64,000 nt of DNA, taken from Hamiltosporidium tvaerminnensis FI-OER-3-3. Its lineage: Eukaryota; Fungi; Microsporidia. The notes below the pieces were generated by a model. The model saw only the letters and a program-made list of their open reading frames with translations. It was not told where the DNA came from and did not search any database. Of the stretch, positions 46,916 to 59,700 are shown one piece after another. Location of the stretch: contig CM061250.1 of the NCBI GenBank assembly GCA_022605425.2, positions 186,001-250,000 of the forward strand. Reading direction: 5' to 3'. Both the position numbers and the translations under genes were made by a program. Position 1 is the first letter of the stretch. Each line of letters begins with the position of its first letter.

Positions 46916-47325
46916 TGAACAGGGAAATAATTATTAAAGTATTTTTTATATTCATTGATTATAAATTATGTGTAATATATAAAAAGAGGTAGATATAAAG
47001 AACAGGTCAGTTTATACTTGAAATGTATTAATAAAACAACTAAAAGAAAAAATTAAACTGTAAAAAATTAAATTCTAAAATTATTTTAAGACATTTATTT
47101 GTGTAAATTTTATAAAAATACAAACAACTTTAAAAAAAAAAGTAAATTCTAAAATTATTTTAATAAAACCGTTGTTTTTATAAAGAAATATAATCAATGA
47201 TAGCAAAGCAGAGGAAATTAATTTTTTTAAATTTTATTCTTGAAATTTTTTTAAAGACAATTTTTGCGTAATAAAGTCCATTTTTTATTTTTTTTTTTTA
47301 AAAACGTAAAAAAATAAATACCCAT

Positions 47326-47661
47326 ATGCAAGCTGTAACAAGAGAATACGATGCTCTACATAGGACATGTGTACCTGCCACCTTCTTTTCTTATAAACGT
47401 AGTTTGAGAAAAATATATCCTAAATACGCACTTCTTAGATTACCGTGTGTAAATACACGAGAACAAGCTTCAAAATACGTAGGACATGCAGTTGTTAGTA
47501 TGTGTAAGGGTATTGAAAATAAAGGAAGAATCAGTAAAGTGCATGGTAATTCTGGTGTTGTTGTGTGCAGATTTAAAAAGAATTTGGCACCAAGAGATAT
47601 TGGATCTGAAGTTTTTGTCAGACTTTATAAAGTTGAAGAAAATGAGGTCTTTAATGATTAA
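47326..47661 (+). CDS. RPL35A: 60S ribosomal protein eL33 (L35a)
   Basis: ALLRL..VNTREQA.KYVG, GRISKVHGNSGVV..RF.KNLAP and V.VRLY. Start context cccatATG. Confidence 0.95.
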   Translation: MQAVTREYDALHRTCVPATFFSYKRSLRKIYPKYALLRLPCVNTREQASKYVGHAVVSMCKGIENKGRISKVHGNSGVVVCRFKKNLAPRDIGSEVFVRLYKVEENEVFND

Positions 47662-47897
47662 AAATTGATTTCTATTTAAAAAAATGTATTTCTATTTTAT
47701 TATGTCTTTGTTTTAAAATACATTTTAAACACCAATTTAAATCAATTTCTGTTTTTCATTTGAAATGTGAAATTTGAAAAGAATAATGTTCGATTGTTAT
47801 AATTACTTATAACTAACAAGATTCTTTTCTTTCTAATAATATTTTATAATGAATTAAAATTTAAATAGTGTGTGTTAAAAATAAATATTTTAAGAAA

Positions 47898-48165
47898 AAA
47901 AATACTTAGGAATGATGAAAGAATAATTTTTAAAGAATTAAAATAATTATAAGTTGTTTTAAATTACAGTGAAAAATACACAGGAATGCTGAAAGAATAA
48001 TTTTTAAAGAATCAATCAATTTAATTATAAGTTGTTTTAAATTACAGTGAAAAATACTTAGGAATGATGAAAGAATATTTGTAAAGAATTAAAATATTTA
48101 ATTATAATATATTTGATTTGAACCAAGTAAAAATATTTAGGAACAGTGAAAAATACATTTTTATT
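47898..48165. repeat. ~75-80 bp degenerate tandem repeat, about 3.5 copies
   Basis: aaaatacttaggaatgatgaaagaata...aattataagttgttttaaattacagtg repeated. Confidence 0.8.
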
Positions 48166-48239
48166 GAATAAAATATTTTATTTTTAAATTTTGAGTAAAA
48201 AAGGTTTTTTTTTTAAATGAATTTCTTCCTTCATTTAAA

Positions 48240-49010
48240 AACTTCAATACCTTCCTCCGAATCCGCTGTTTTGTTTAGGTTTATTGTCGGTTATTACCTT
48301 GGTTTCACCATTAAAATAAGGGTTGTATCATTTCTTGTTTTACTATTTATCAGCATCTTCCTGATTAATTTCTTGACTTAATGTGAGTATTGGTTTTTTA
48401 TGTATTTTGGATCCTTCAATAACACTTAATGACGCTCTCACCCAGCTCTCTTAATAATTTAATTCTGATTCAGATCTTCTTGATCGATGAAAATGAAATA
48501 TTCAAACTGCATTTTTTGTGCACTATCTACTGAATATATGTCTCTCATTCATAGGTATTCATAGTTTTTAAGATACATTCAATTATTTTGTCATAATACT
48601 GTCCTAGGTCATCAAATATAAAACTATCTCCATATTATGTTTATATATAAGATTAAGTTCTGGCTAATAGGTCATAATTCCTAAGTTTCTCTGGTTCAAC
48701 TATTTGAATTTAATTTGGGAAGTCATTCCTATTAAATAAGAGTAAGTCCTTTTTAATTTTGTCTAAAATAAAATAAGTCTATTGTTGCGAATTTTAGCAT
48801 CGGTTTTGATTCGGATGTTCCCTCTTTTTTTGCCGCAAACTCGTTATCAATAATTTTTGAAATGAGTGACTCCTATTTCATTTTGAGATTTAAGTTTATA
48901 TGAGTATAGAAGACGTGCACTAATATATTTGACTACTTTATTATGCCGTCGGATAGTCATGTTTATACCTTTCCTCACAATGAGTCATTAAATTCTACTG
49001 TTTTACCAGA
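48240..49010 (-). mobile_element. Decayed RLE-type (R4-like) non-LTR retrotransposon, 3' part
   Basis: Reverse strand aligns with 4243-4700 (ttcaaatagttgaa, tatgacctattagc, tgatgacct.ggac, agagagctgggtgagagc) and carries HDY.RRHN and IKTDAKIRNNR remnants. Confidence 0.75.
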
Positions 49011-50364
49011 TGTTTAGTCAAGGACAAAATTTTTAACTGTTTAAATAAAAAAAAGCAAAATTTGTAGTAAAAATAAATAAAAGATACATCATTGCTACTG
49101 ATTTAGCTCATTATTATATTTTTGTTTATTCTTGTCACATATTTTTATTGTTCTCCATTTTACATCATTAAATGAAGCAATATTTTTTTTTATAAATCTA
49201 GTAAATATTGCCCAATTATATAAAAAATATACTTTGATATATTTTTGTGTTCATTTGGCAATTACTATTTCTCAGATATATATCATTTCGAAAATTATGC
49301 TCTAGTATGTCTTGCTGGGTTTAAATAACTAATATTCAAGTTTTAACTGCAACATATTTCATTTTGGCTAAAAATCGTATTTTTTTCTTGAGTAATATAG
49401 ATATTTTAGACTGATTATGTAACTAAATCGATTAAAAAAGCATTTATTTACAGATGAAATTTTGATTTATAAGGCACGTCTTATCTTATTTGGCAACAAT
49501 ATATTTTTCTTTTAAACCCAGGGTAAGATGGAAATATAAAAGAAAGTTAAACTTACAGGGGGTTGAGATTCTAAAAATTAGAATTAATTGGAAAAATATT
49601 TCATTTAAAAAGATGTATATTGTCTAACACCTAAATACAATGCTAATATATTTGTTTAGTTACATTCAATGGAGATCTTTATACTGTAAACTTAGTTCGA
49701 TGCAGTTTGATTTAAAAAAATTCTCTTTATTTTAAATTTTTTTTATTTGCATTTATTAAGGATTTATATGTAGAAGCTTTAGATTTTAATTGTATTATCT
49801 TGTAATATAATTTTAAATATCCTTTTAAGAGAATCTCTAAATTTTCGAAGGATTTCTCAAGAATTATCGAAGTTTTTCTTATGTTTTATAGTTTCACACA
49901 GTTATATGGTTTTATAGGTTAAATGAATTTCGAAACTAATAATTAGATATTAAAGAAATAATAATGCGGTAATCTGAGCTATTAATTTTTTTTTCTTTAA
50001 ATATGCAATTCTAAAATCGAGGTAATTTACTATATAATTAAACCTCTTTCAACTCCAAATTTGTATTTTAGTATCATATTTCTTAAGATATCAATTAGTT
50101 TGTATTCTCAGTTCTTTGAATTCCGGAATATTTATTCTTATAGTTTTAATCGTTAATGACCAGTCTTTGAAAAATTAAGCATCTATTACGGTTTTAACAT
50201 AGAAAGACACAGTATAAATGCGGCATTATATATAGTGAATTACATTTAAACTAAAATTTTTGTGACTGTTTTGAATTTTTAGTGGACACCATTATAAAAT
50301 TCAAAAAAAGTGTTTGAATATATTTTGTGCTGTATCCATTTTAAATATCATTTAATTAGAAATA

Positions 50365-51090
50365 CTTTATTTAAAAATATCACATCTTTTTACAATAGTG
50401 GCAAGTGTTATATTTGTTTTCATGACATTAACGCAGTTCTAGGTTTAACATAAATAACTGCTACCCCAACACTCCATCGGTAACCCCTGCGATACCTACG
50501 TCCCAAAGCCTTTCATTTACCAGGTGTGTAGAACCTAATTACTAGGCGAGGCAGTTGCCCGGAGTTCGTTAATGTCCGTTGCATGGAGTGTGATCGAAGG
50601 CCGAAGCCCCCTTTAGGCTTACCAAGACTATGCAGCATTCCCACTTACTCTACACTTTCTGAACCCAATAAACTTCTAGCTAAGATATATTTCAGAGATT
50701 TACATGGGGTCCACCTAGACAGTGCAATGTCATACCAACAGGTATAACCTGCTACTTAGCTCTCCCGGCTTTTAATGGGTTTTATTTTTATATCTCCCAG
50801 GCGCTAAGTCTTCTAACGCGAGTGAGCAAGGCTAGGTTTCCATGCTTTTACATGGCGATTACCCACATGTTCAGCTGCGGTCTGCAATCTGGTTACATAA
50901 AAAACTACAAATAAATTCGTAGAAAAAGTTTCACCATTTCTTAGACCTCTCCTCCTCATAACAACTCCCATGGAACAACCGAAGATGTAGTGTGGTTGTA
51001 TTCCCACCAAAAATCCAAACAATGATCTCACACCAGTTTCACACACTCATTGCCAAGCAGAAAGTTTTTTATGTGGTTATCCTCCCTCCA
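50365..51090 (-). mobile_element. ~720-bp structured non-coding dispersed element, copy 4
   Basis: Full-length reverse-orientation copy, TGGAGGGAGGATAACC to AATAAAG. Confidence 0.95.
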
Positions 51091-51164
51091 TCTAATGTCG
51101 TTTATACAATTAAAAATTTATAAAATGAATTATTTCCATGGGCTTTAGATGAAGATGATTCAGT

Positions 51165-51505
51165 TTACTTACTTTCTTATTCCAGTCTTCTTGTACCTCT
51201 CGGTGTTGAGGATTATCAAATAAAACGCTAACATGTTCTGTCTCTAGACAATGCCCTGGTATTTTCTGGGTCTATTCTTTTTTCGTGGAAGACCGGTTTC
51301 AATGAGTCAAACAATTTCAACCTTGGTCTTCCTCTTTGTCGTTTTCCCTCACATCTTGCTTCATATGTTCGTTAGGAATTCTTATAGTTTGAATTCAGCT
51401 TATATGCCAGAACCAGAGCAATTTTTGTCTATCCATAGATGATTTGGTTACAAAAATATTCTTTTTAATTATCGTTTTCTTTGGTTTATAAAGGGAATTT
51501 CCATG
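51165..51505 (-). mobile_element. 3' end of an RTE-like LINE, decayed
   Basis: Remnant RQKLLWFWHIS*...RIP../YEARCEGKRQRGRPRLKLFD...ALSRDRTC*R is the typical RTE-clade C-terminus (LRWFGHV...GKRxRGRP...DR..WR), followed by an aagaaagtaagtaa tail. Confidence 0.75.
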
Positions 51506-54500
51506 TAATTTTATATTTCTTTGAGGTTAGTAGTTATTTTTTAATCATAACCTACCAAAATTAATCTTTTATTTTGTAACTTAAAACGTTTTTTTATTCC
51601 GATTTTATTAGAAATATCTTCTAATATTTTTATAATTTTAGCTTAAAATATTCAAGCTTTGTCTAAATTAAGGTGTTATAAGAATGGAATAGATTTTTTT
51701 CTTAAAATTTTAATGTAAATATTGGCTTGTATTCTTTTATTAATGTTATTTAGGATAATGAGCTTATTCTCTGAACTAAAATAATAAAAATTTATACTTA
51801 TATTTTCGCTTATCGTATAATTTTATGTCAAACTTAAGCCAAATTCACCATGGATAATTTATTTTGTGTTTTCTATAATTTATATTTATTTTTACATATC
51901 TTTCTTCCTTAGGAGCTTAATTGATAGTATGACTTCCGCTAAATTATCTATAAAATAGATATTTGTCATATATATTGACTATTTACTTCTTAATTTCAAC
52001 CTTCATATTTGCTAAATAGTAAGTTTATTTGTCATTTCTAATTTTTTCTGCAAAAATACATCAAATTTTTCTCGTGTATAATCGGTATTAAATATCTTGG
52101 TTCTAACCTTAATCAAAAATTAAAATTCTTCAAACACTTTTTATCTAAAATTAAGAAATCTATATCCTTGAAATGCACTTTCTGTGCATCTGTAAAAAAA
52201 TATACTTAAATAGTGATAAGTTCTTACAAGACAAAGTTCCTATAAAAAATGATTTTAAAACCCAAATTAAGAGTCAAAATTTTAATAATTCAGGTTTTTC
52301 ATTCGGTGTTGTCTAGAAGAAAATTTGAAATGAAATTCCTACCATTTTCTTGCCATTAAAAATGGAACGTTTATCAGGTTCTCAAATAGATCAATATAAT
52401 TTTTATTCCGCTACCAATCTATATTAAAATTTTTACAAACTAAGATTAAAGAAGAATAAAGTTATTAATTTTGATTAGAATGAGTTCATATTACACTAAA
52501 AAAAAATTATTCTGCTTTTTAAATAAAGCCTTCTTAATCACACCATTATGACGATTATTGTTGAAATGGTTTTTTGTTTCAAATAAGTGATGTTTTACAA
52601 TACCTTTATGAAATTTACTTAAATATAGATGTAAAATATGCTTGGTGGTTTTGACTCAAATATTTCTTAATTTATTTTTTTATATTTAACTTCGAATTTA
52701 TGTAAGAATATCTTTACCAATTCATTTATTTCAACGAATCTTCTGAAATATCATACAGGGTTTTTCGCTGTTTATCATGCCTTGTGAAAAGAAACATTTT
52801 GGCATTTCTAGATAGTTTTATTTCCAGATATTTGATTTGCATATGATAAGAAATAGATTACTGTATTAAACTTTGGTTGTTTTTATCGTATTATAACACT
52901 TTATACTAATTTGATCAAAACTAGCATAACTCTCTATTGAGCGAATCTAAAATTCCAAAAAAAACAACTTTTATTTAATTTTACATTTTTTTGCATTTTC
53001 AAGCTTAAGTGTACTCAAATTTAGAGGTTTTTGTATTCTGAGAAAATTTTTTCTTTTCTTAAGCAAATTTACATTTCATTTGAAAAATGACAGGCTAGAC
53101 TCAGAAAAAATATGATAAAGTTACTTCGATATAGAAGTCAATTAAAAATATAAAATTGTCGTCATTCCTTACTGAATTACTTGATTTCTATTTAAATTTA
53201 GAAAATTTTCTGCAATTAAAAGAGATTATTTTTACCCGTTTAAACCAAATTTGCATTGGATGCTCTTCAATTGAATCTAAATTCCTAATTTATAAATATT
53301 TACGATGTAAAAATTATATTAATATTTCTAAAACGTGCTGTTTCAATTTTTCTTTTATCGTTGAAAATTTTTGATCCTCGATAAGAAAAATTCGATTTTT
53401 TAACTCATAAATAAACACACGATACCTAAAAGACAGAAATTAATTATATAGACCAAAAAATAAACGATAATTTATACTTAGAAGTATACTTTCATGATAA
53501 ATCATGAGTTTATATAGCTTTTTGGGACTTATCCTAACGAAATCTTTAACAGAGAATTAGGTTTTCAAGGTGCTTTTGCATATATATCTTGTTTTAGTTT
53601 GAATATAATTCTTGTTTACATAAATTTGCTATTTTTGCATTTGATTCATTACAAAAAAAAGAGATCCAACACCAATATCAGTTTACAATGTGATTTATCA
53701 AATAAGCAAGATTTTCAAGATCATCAGAGTTAAAAAGTAATCTTTGTTTATAAAGTAAATTTCCGAAGTTTTTCAAGCGTTTGAGGCTACGTAAACTTTT
53801 TTATAGCTATCTGCGAATTTATAATAGCATCGAGAAATTATCTGGAATCATAACACCCATATTTCTACTTAAGATAATTAAGTAAAAATTATTATGGGTT
53901 CATATAGGTGAGGCCTACGAGTAAATTGCCTGAAGTGAGATTCTAAGCCTTTAATTTATTTTGTGATAATATTTCTTTATTTGAAAAATCAAATCAGCTT
54001 ATGACTCTTTTTTAAAATACGAATTTTATTATTTTATAAAATATTTATAGAGATATCTAAAATTGGAGTTAAAAAATAGTTGTTCCATCAATAGTAGTGA
54101 GATCCGATTGTAAAAACATATTTATAAATATTCTTATAATTGTCGTTTAAAAAAAATATTGGTTCTAACAATATAGTGATTCCTTAATACCTAATTTATA
54201 AATATTAAATTTTCACATAATTGCGAAAAAATTTAAATAAATCCGAAAAAAACGGATTAATTATTTCTATATGTGACGGATAAATTGTTATTACGGCATA
54301 TTGTGATTTATAGACGTAAGCCACCTATATATTATCTATTTGAAATGGACTCATTGATAGAAACAGAAATAACATTGTTGGAAAGTTAAAATATCATTTA
54401 TTTGAGAAATGTCTTCGGATTCTAATAAATCGCATTTCATGTAGAAAATAGAAGCTTTTCGTTTCTATTAACTATTAACAAATGATTTTTCCTTTATTGA

Positions 54501-56969
54501 TTGAATTAAATACGCGAAAATCCAATTTGCTTAGAAAATACACAGCTGCCTTATATACGTGTATATCATAAATATTTTAAAATTGCGTTATAAATAAAAA
54601 TCTAAAAATATGAATTTTTTGAAGTAAAATATTTTAGAAAAAAAGGTAAAAACCGTCATGTTATACACACAATTTGTATTATGAAAAAACTCCTCAAAGA
54701 CTCCGGATTAAAAATATTAAAAAAAACATGATTAAAGAGTTACAAATATACAAATTATTAAATATTTGCCTTTACTTTCGAACCTCATTTCATATTCCGT
54801 GAATAGATCTCTTTGAATTGCATCAATATTCATTATCGCAGCTTTAAAATATGGAGTCAATCAGAGTACTCATTATTGATGAGATAAGCTACAATTTCTT
54901 CTATTATTTATTAAAAATACTTTAGATATCGAAGCTAGTGAGAATGTGTTGAAATTTTTATAGAAATAGAAATATTCATACCGTTAAGCTCAAATATGTA
55001 CACTAGAATATTTTATTATTCATTTCAAAAAATCATTTAAAATCTGTTTTTATCGAAATGTCAAAGTAGGAAACAGTTTTTTTGGAAGAATCTGGTTTAT
55101 ATAAAAGAAAAGACAGTTTGAAATCAACGATTTTTTCCAAGAAATGCATAAAACACATGATTTTGCAAAAATACTTAATAATTGCATAAATATGCTGCAG
55201 ATTAGAAAATATACTATTTAATAAGTAAAAGAGCTCAGTTCATTATAGGCGATTTTCTGGGCTCAAAAATATTATATAGTTTCTATCAGCTTGTACAATA
55301 CAAAATTTTTCAAGTTATTCTCATTATTAACCTAAGTTATTTAACACCAACGTATGAGATTGATACTAGAAATTGAATGTTTTATTTTTACAATCTATAA
55401 AATCTCTTTTCTTCATATCGTAAGTGTTAAAAAACGGTATATTATAATTTAAATTTTACTCGTCTTTTAAAGTCACATATTTCTCGTTTAAAATATCCTA
55501 TATTTTATATATTGGGTTATAGTTGTAATGAAATAATAGATTTATTCTCAAAGCGTTTTTTAATTTAATGGAGATTATGTTTGCGATTACAGTTTGTATT
55601 TTTCTTATCTAAAAATTTAAATAAACTTGGTTTTTAACTTTCGAATATAAACTTACGATTTTATATAGATAATCGCTTCTAGATCATAGCGACATAACTT
55701 GTAGTTTATTTTGTATAAATTATTCAAATGTATAATTTTAGTTTTTTGTGATATTTAATTTAGTATTTCAAAGAACAAAAATTTCATCGCATTTTCACTT
55801 CAATTTATAAATTATCCAACAAACTTGGAATTGGGTTATAAACACAGTATTTTCATATTAAATAATTATTTCGCAGAAATAATGTATGTTTTTAAATTTT
55901 ACGAGACTATTAGTCAATCAAACGATGAATATGATTTTGAAAAATACTAATAGAAATGCAAAAAACTTCTCCCCGATTTTAACTTTTAATCTATAAGATT
56001 TTTATGGCGATAAAGCTATTAATACAGTCTCGTGATGCGCTCTTCCTAAACGAATTAATTTAGATTAAAGAAATGAAAAACTTTTAATTATATTTATGGG
56101 AAAAAATGTTAAAATGATTATAAAGCACCATTGCGATCGTTGCCAACCACTTACATATTTCGTCTTGAGATAAAGATTAAAATGTCTCGATATATAAAAC
56201 CACCGAAATCAAGTCGTAACAAATTATAAAATAATTCACAAACACCTTATAAAAGCAGTTACTAACCATATAAAGATTTTTATCTCCACTTTAAATTACT
56301 CATCGGATAGCAGGGAAGATGAAGGACAAAAATTTACTTCCGGCTCCTCAAAAAAACTTTAGGCAGATTTTCATAAAAATATAAGAATCTTTTACATTGA
56401 TTTCGCCCATTACGAGCTAAACCAAACCTCAAATTTTCGATTCTGATTTATATTTTGACTGCAAACTTAAAACCTCAATTGAATTTGCTTTTACGTCAGT
56501 TTCAAAACCCTAAAACTTGAAAAAGGAGATATCGTGTCATCACAAGCAATGCCATATTCCGCTTTTTAATCAAGCTACCAAACAAAAGGTTGATCAATCT
56601 CAAAGTAATTTAAATAAAGATAAACTAATATTTTCTTTATAATTCTATTATGAGCGAAAAATCTATTGATATAGTAATGACCAAAAAAACTAGTTTCGTT
56701 CTATCTCGGGATGTGAAATGAATTAAATTTTTTGCCAAATTTTTTATTATTATCAAATAAATATATACTTATTTTTTTATTAAAACAATTAACATATATA
56801 GACATAATGCATATATTTGTACAAAACGAGATTGACTATGAATGATCATATTAAAGTAATTTTTTTACGGATAAAAATTATATAATTTTTGGTTTCAAGA
56901 TATACGAATGAAGATTTTGAAAATTATAAAAGAACTTAATAAAACAAATAGCCAACCTTTTATTCTTTA

Positions 56970-58627
56970 TTATCTTTTCTCGATGCTCATCCCCTTCTTC
57001 ATTCGAACAAAAAAATCAAAAGATTGTACAAGTGTCCATTCATTACTAAAATTTGCTGCTTTTATAGAAAATCCCGCGGATTTATAACAAGAATTATTAT
57101 TAAGCAAATCACGTATTAGGAATATAAAGATTGAAAATGACGCCTTTTTAAACTTTTCCATTATATCATCACGAGACATAGTAGTCTGGTTAGGGCTTAA
57201 ATCCCTGGATAAATCAAGAGGAAGCTCATACTTTTGAAAAATTTTATCACAATCAAATCTACTTATATCTTCAAACACTAAATATAAATCAAAATCGGAA
57301 GAAGAAATTTCATTAATGAGTTGTAATGAATTAGATATGGTTTTTAAAACCTGAATAATATCAACAAACCCTGAAGAAAAAGGTTCATCCAAAAATTTTT
57401 TTATCCAATCCATATCTTTAATATTGTTTAAAATATTTATATCATAGAAAGGCTCTAATCTTAATTTATCTAAATTATTAAGAACAATTTCTGAAAATTG
57501 TATGAGAATAAGGTTACAATTTAAAACAAAATAAATTTTGGTTCTCGAAATATCATTTTTTACTTTCTCAAATTTTTTTATTGTATTTAATTTTAAAAAA
57601 TCTATAAATTTTTGTTTAAAATTTTCAGCCGGTTCGGCTGTATTCAGTTCAAATAGATTGTATGTATCAAATCCATCAAAGAAAAGGTCAAATTGATCAT
57701 GATTTGCTTGTTTATTCAAACCGTTAAAACACATTTTTTCCGACAAATATACAGAACTATTGCAGATTAAAGCGGTAAGTTTGTCAAATAATACTAGATT
57801 ATCATATCCTTTTTCTAAAAACTCGGCATTGAAAATTGCTTTATTAAAAGTTATTTGACCATTTATACCACAAGTAGTGGATAACGATATACTTTCTCCA
57901 TTCTTTAAAAACTTTCGAGCCTTGTGATATTCATCAAAATATTTCAGAATTTTAAAAAGAATTTTAGTATATTTATTGAATAAATATGTGATAATCACAG
58001 CATTTTCATCTGAGTCAATATATTTTAATTTTGAAATGAATGATTCGACGAATTCTGAGTTTATTTTTTGTCCAACACTTTTTGCAAGAACTCTTTCCCT
58101 TTGATTGTAGACATATTCAGGCAGATTTGTTTCTATATCATCTAAATTAGAAAATGTAAAATTTTTCAAAAATTCAAACACTTTATCATAAAACATATTT
58201 GTGTTTAAATCCGTTTTTTTATAGAATAATTCTTCCTTTTGTTCCTTTAAAAATATATTGATTTCAATAAAACAGATAAGATATAATTTTCTTACATCCT
58301 TTTCAAAAATAATATCCTTATATTCATTTACCTTTGCTATCAATCTTGGAATTATTTTTTCTTTTAAATTCTCTACCGATATAATTTTGCAACATATTTT
58401 TCAGCAAAAAGCGTTGCGATAGAATTCAATTCTTTGTGATTTTCTATTCTAAAATGCAATGAATTACAACCTTTCAAATATATTGCAATATCGTGCAAAT
58501 ATGTGATTCTTGATTTCGTTTTCGGCTTAGGTGGTGTAGTTTTATTCAAAGCTTTGGTCGGTTTTGAATTCCTTCTTGCAGCCGATGCCATGTAATTTAT
58601 AAATACTATCCAATAAAATATAACCAT
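56970..58627 (-). pseudogene. Secreted lineage-specific protein gene split by one frameshift (84-aa plus 457-aa ORFs)
   Basis: cccccataATG start and signal peptide MVIFYWIVFINYMASA. The downstream frame is open from 58400 and overlaps the first ORF at a GAAAAAT run, and it has no ATG start of its own. Confidence 0.7.
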
Positions 58628-58710
58628 TATGGGGGAATTATTTAAATGGTTTTTAATATAAGTAGGTTCAAAAATATATTCACGATAATTATATTATATT
58701 TTGCCAAAAG

Positions 58711-59430
58711 TGGAGGGAGAATAATCACATAAAATATTTTTGTTTGGCAATGAGTGTGTGAAACTGGTGTGAGATCATTGTTTATATTTTTGATGGTAAT
58801 AAAAGAACACTGCATCTTCGGTTGTTCCATAGGGGTTTTTATGAAGAGGAGAGGTCTGAGAAATGGAGAAACTTTTTCTACAAAGTTATTGTAGTTTTTT
58901 ACGTAACCAGATTGCAGACCGCTGCTAAACTTGTAGGTAATTGCCATGTAAAAGCATGGAAACCTAGCCTTGCTCACTCGGGTTAGAAGACTTAGCTTGG
59001 GAGATATAAAAATAAAAACCATTAAAAGCCGGGAGACCTAAGTAGCAGGTTATAACTGTTGATATGACATTGCACTATCTAGTTGAACTCCATATAGGTC
59101 TCTGAAATATATCTTAGCTAGAAGTTTAATGGTTCAGAAGTGTAGAGTAAGTGGGAATGCTGCATAGTCTTGAGGGAGTCCAGGGGGCTTCGGCCTTCGA
59201 TCACACTTCATGCAACGGACATTAAAAAACTCCGGGTAACTGCCTCGCCTAATAATTAGGTTCTACACACCTGGTAGATGAAAGGCTTTGGGACGTAGGT
59301 ATTACAGGGGTTACCGATAGAGTGTTGGGGTAGCAGTCATTTATGTTAAACCTAGAGCTGCGTTAATGACATGAAAACAAATATAACACTTGCACCTATT
59401 TTCTAAAAGATGTGATACTTTTAAATAAAG
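58711..59430 (+). mobile_element. ~720-bp structured non-coding dispersed element, copy 5, with a perfect 16-bp TSD
   Basis: attatattttgccaaa at 58693-58708 and again at 59435-59450. Confidence 0.95.
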
Positions 59431-59566
59431 ATGAATTATATTTTGCCAAATTTCGAAACTAGCTTTTAAAATTTAACGGTTTTAATAATATTAAAACGGG
59501 AAGGTTTATTGATCTTATCATTAAAGATTAAATCAAATATCCTATTTTGAGATATTCCATTATTTA

Positions 59567-59700
59567 GTGGAAGGAATGATGACCCCATTAAAACCATTTG
59601 CTTGGAAATATGTGTGCGAAATCGTTTTATAAACTATTGCTAGTATTTGATGGAATATAAAGCGTAACAAATCCGTGTTTTAATTCTTCTATGCTCATAC
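59567..59700 (+). mobile_element. Decayed 5' fragment of the ~720-bp element
   Basis: gtggaaggaatgatgaccccattaaaaccatttgcttggaaatatgtgtgcgaaa resembles the element's 5' end. Confidence 0.5.
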
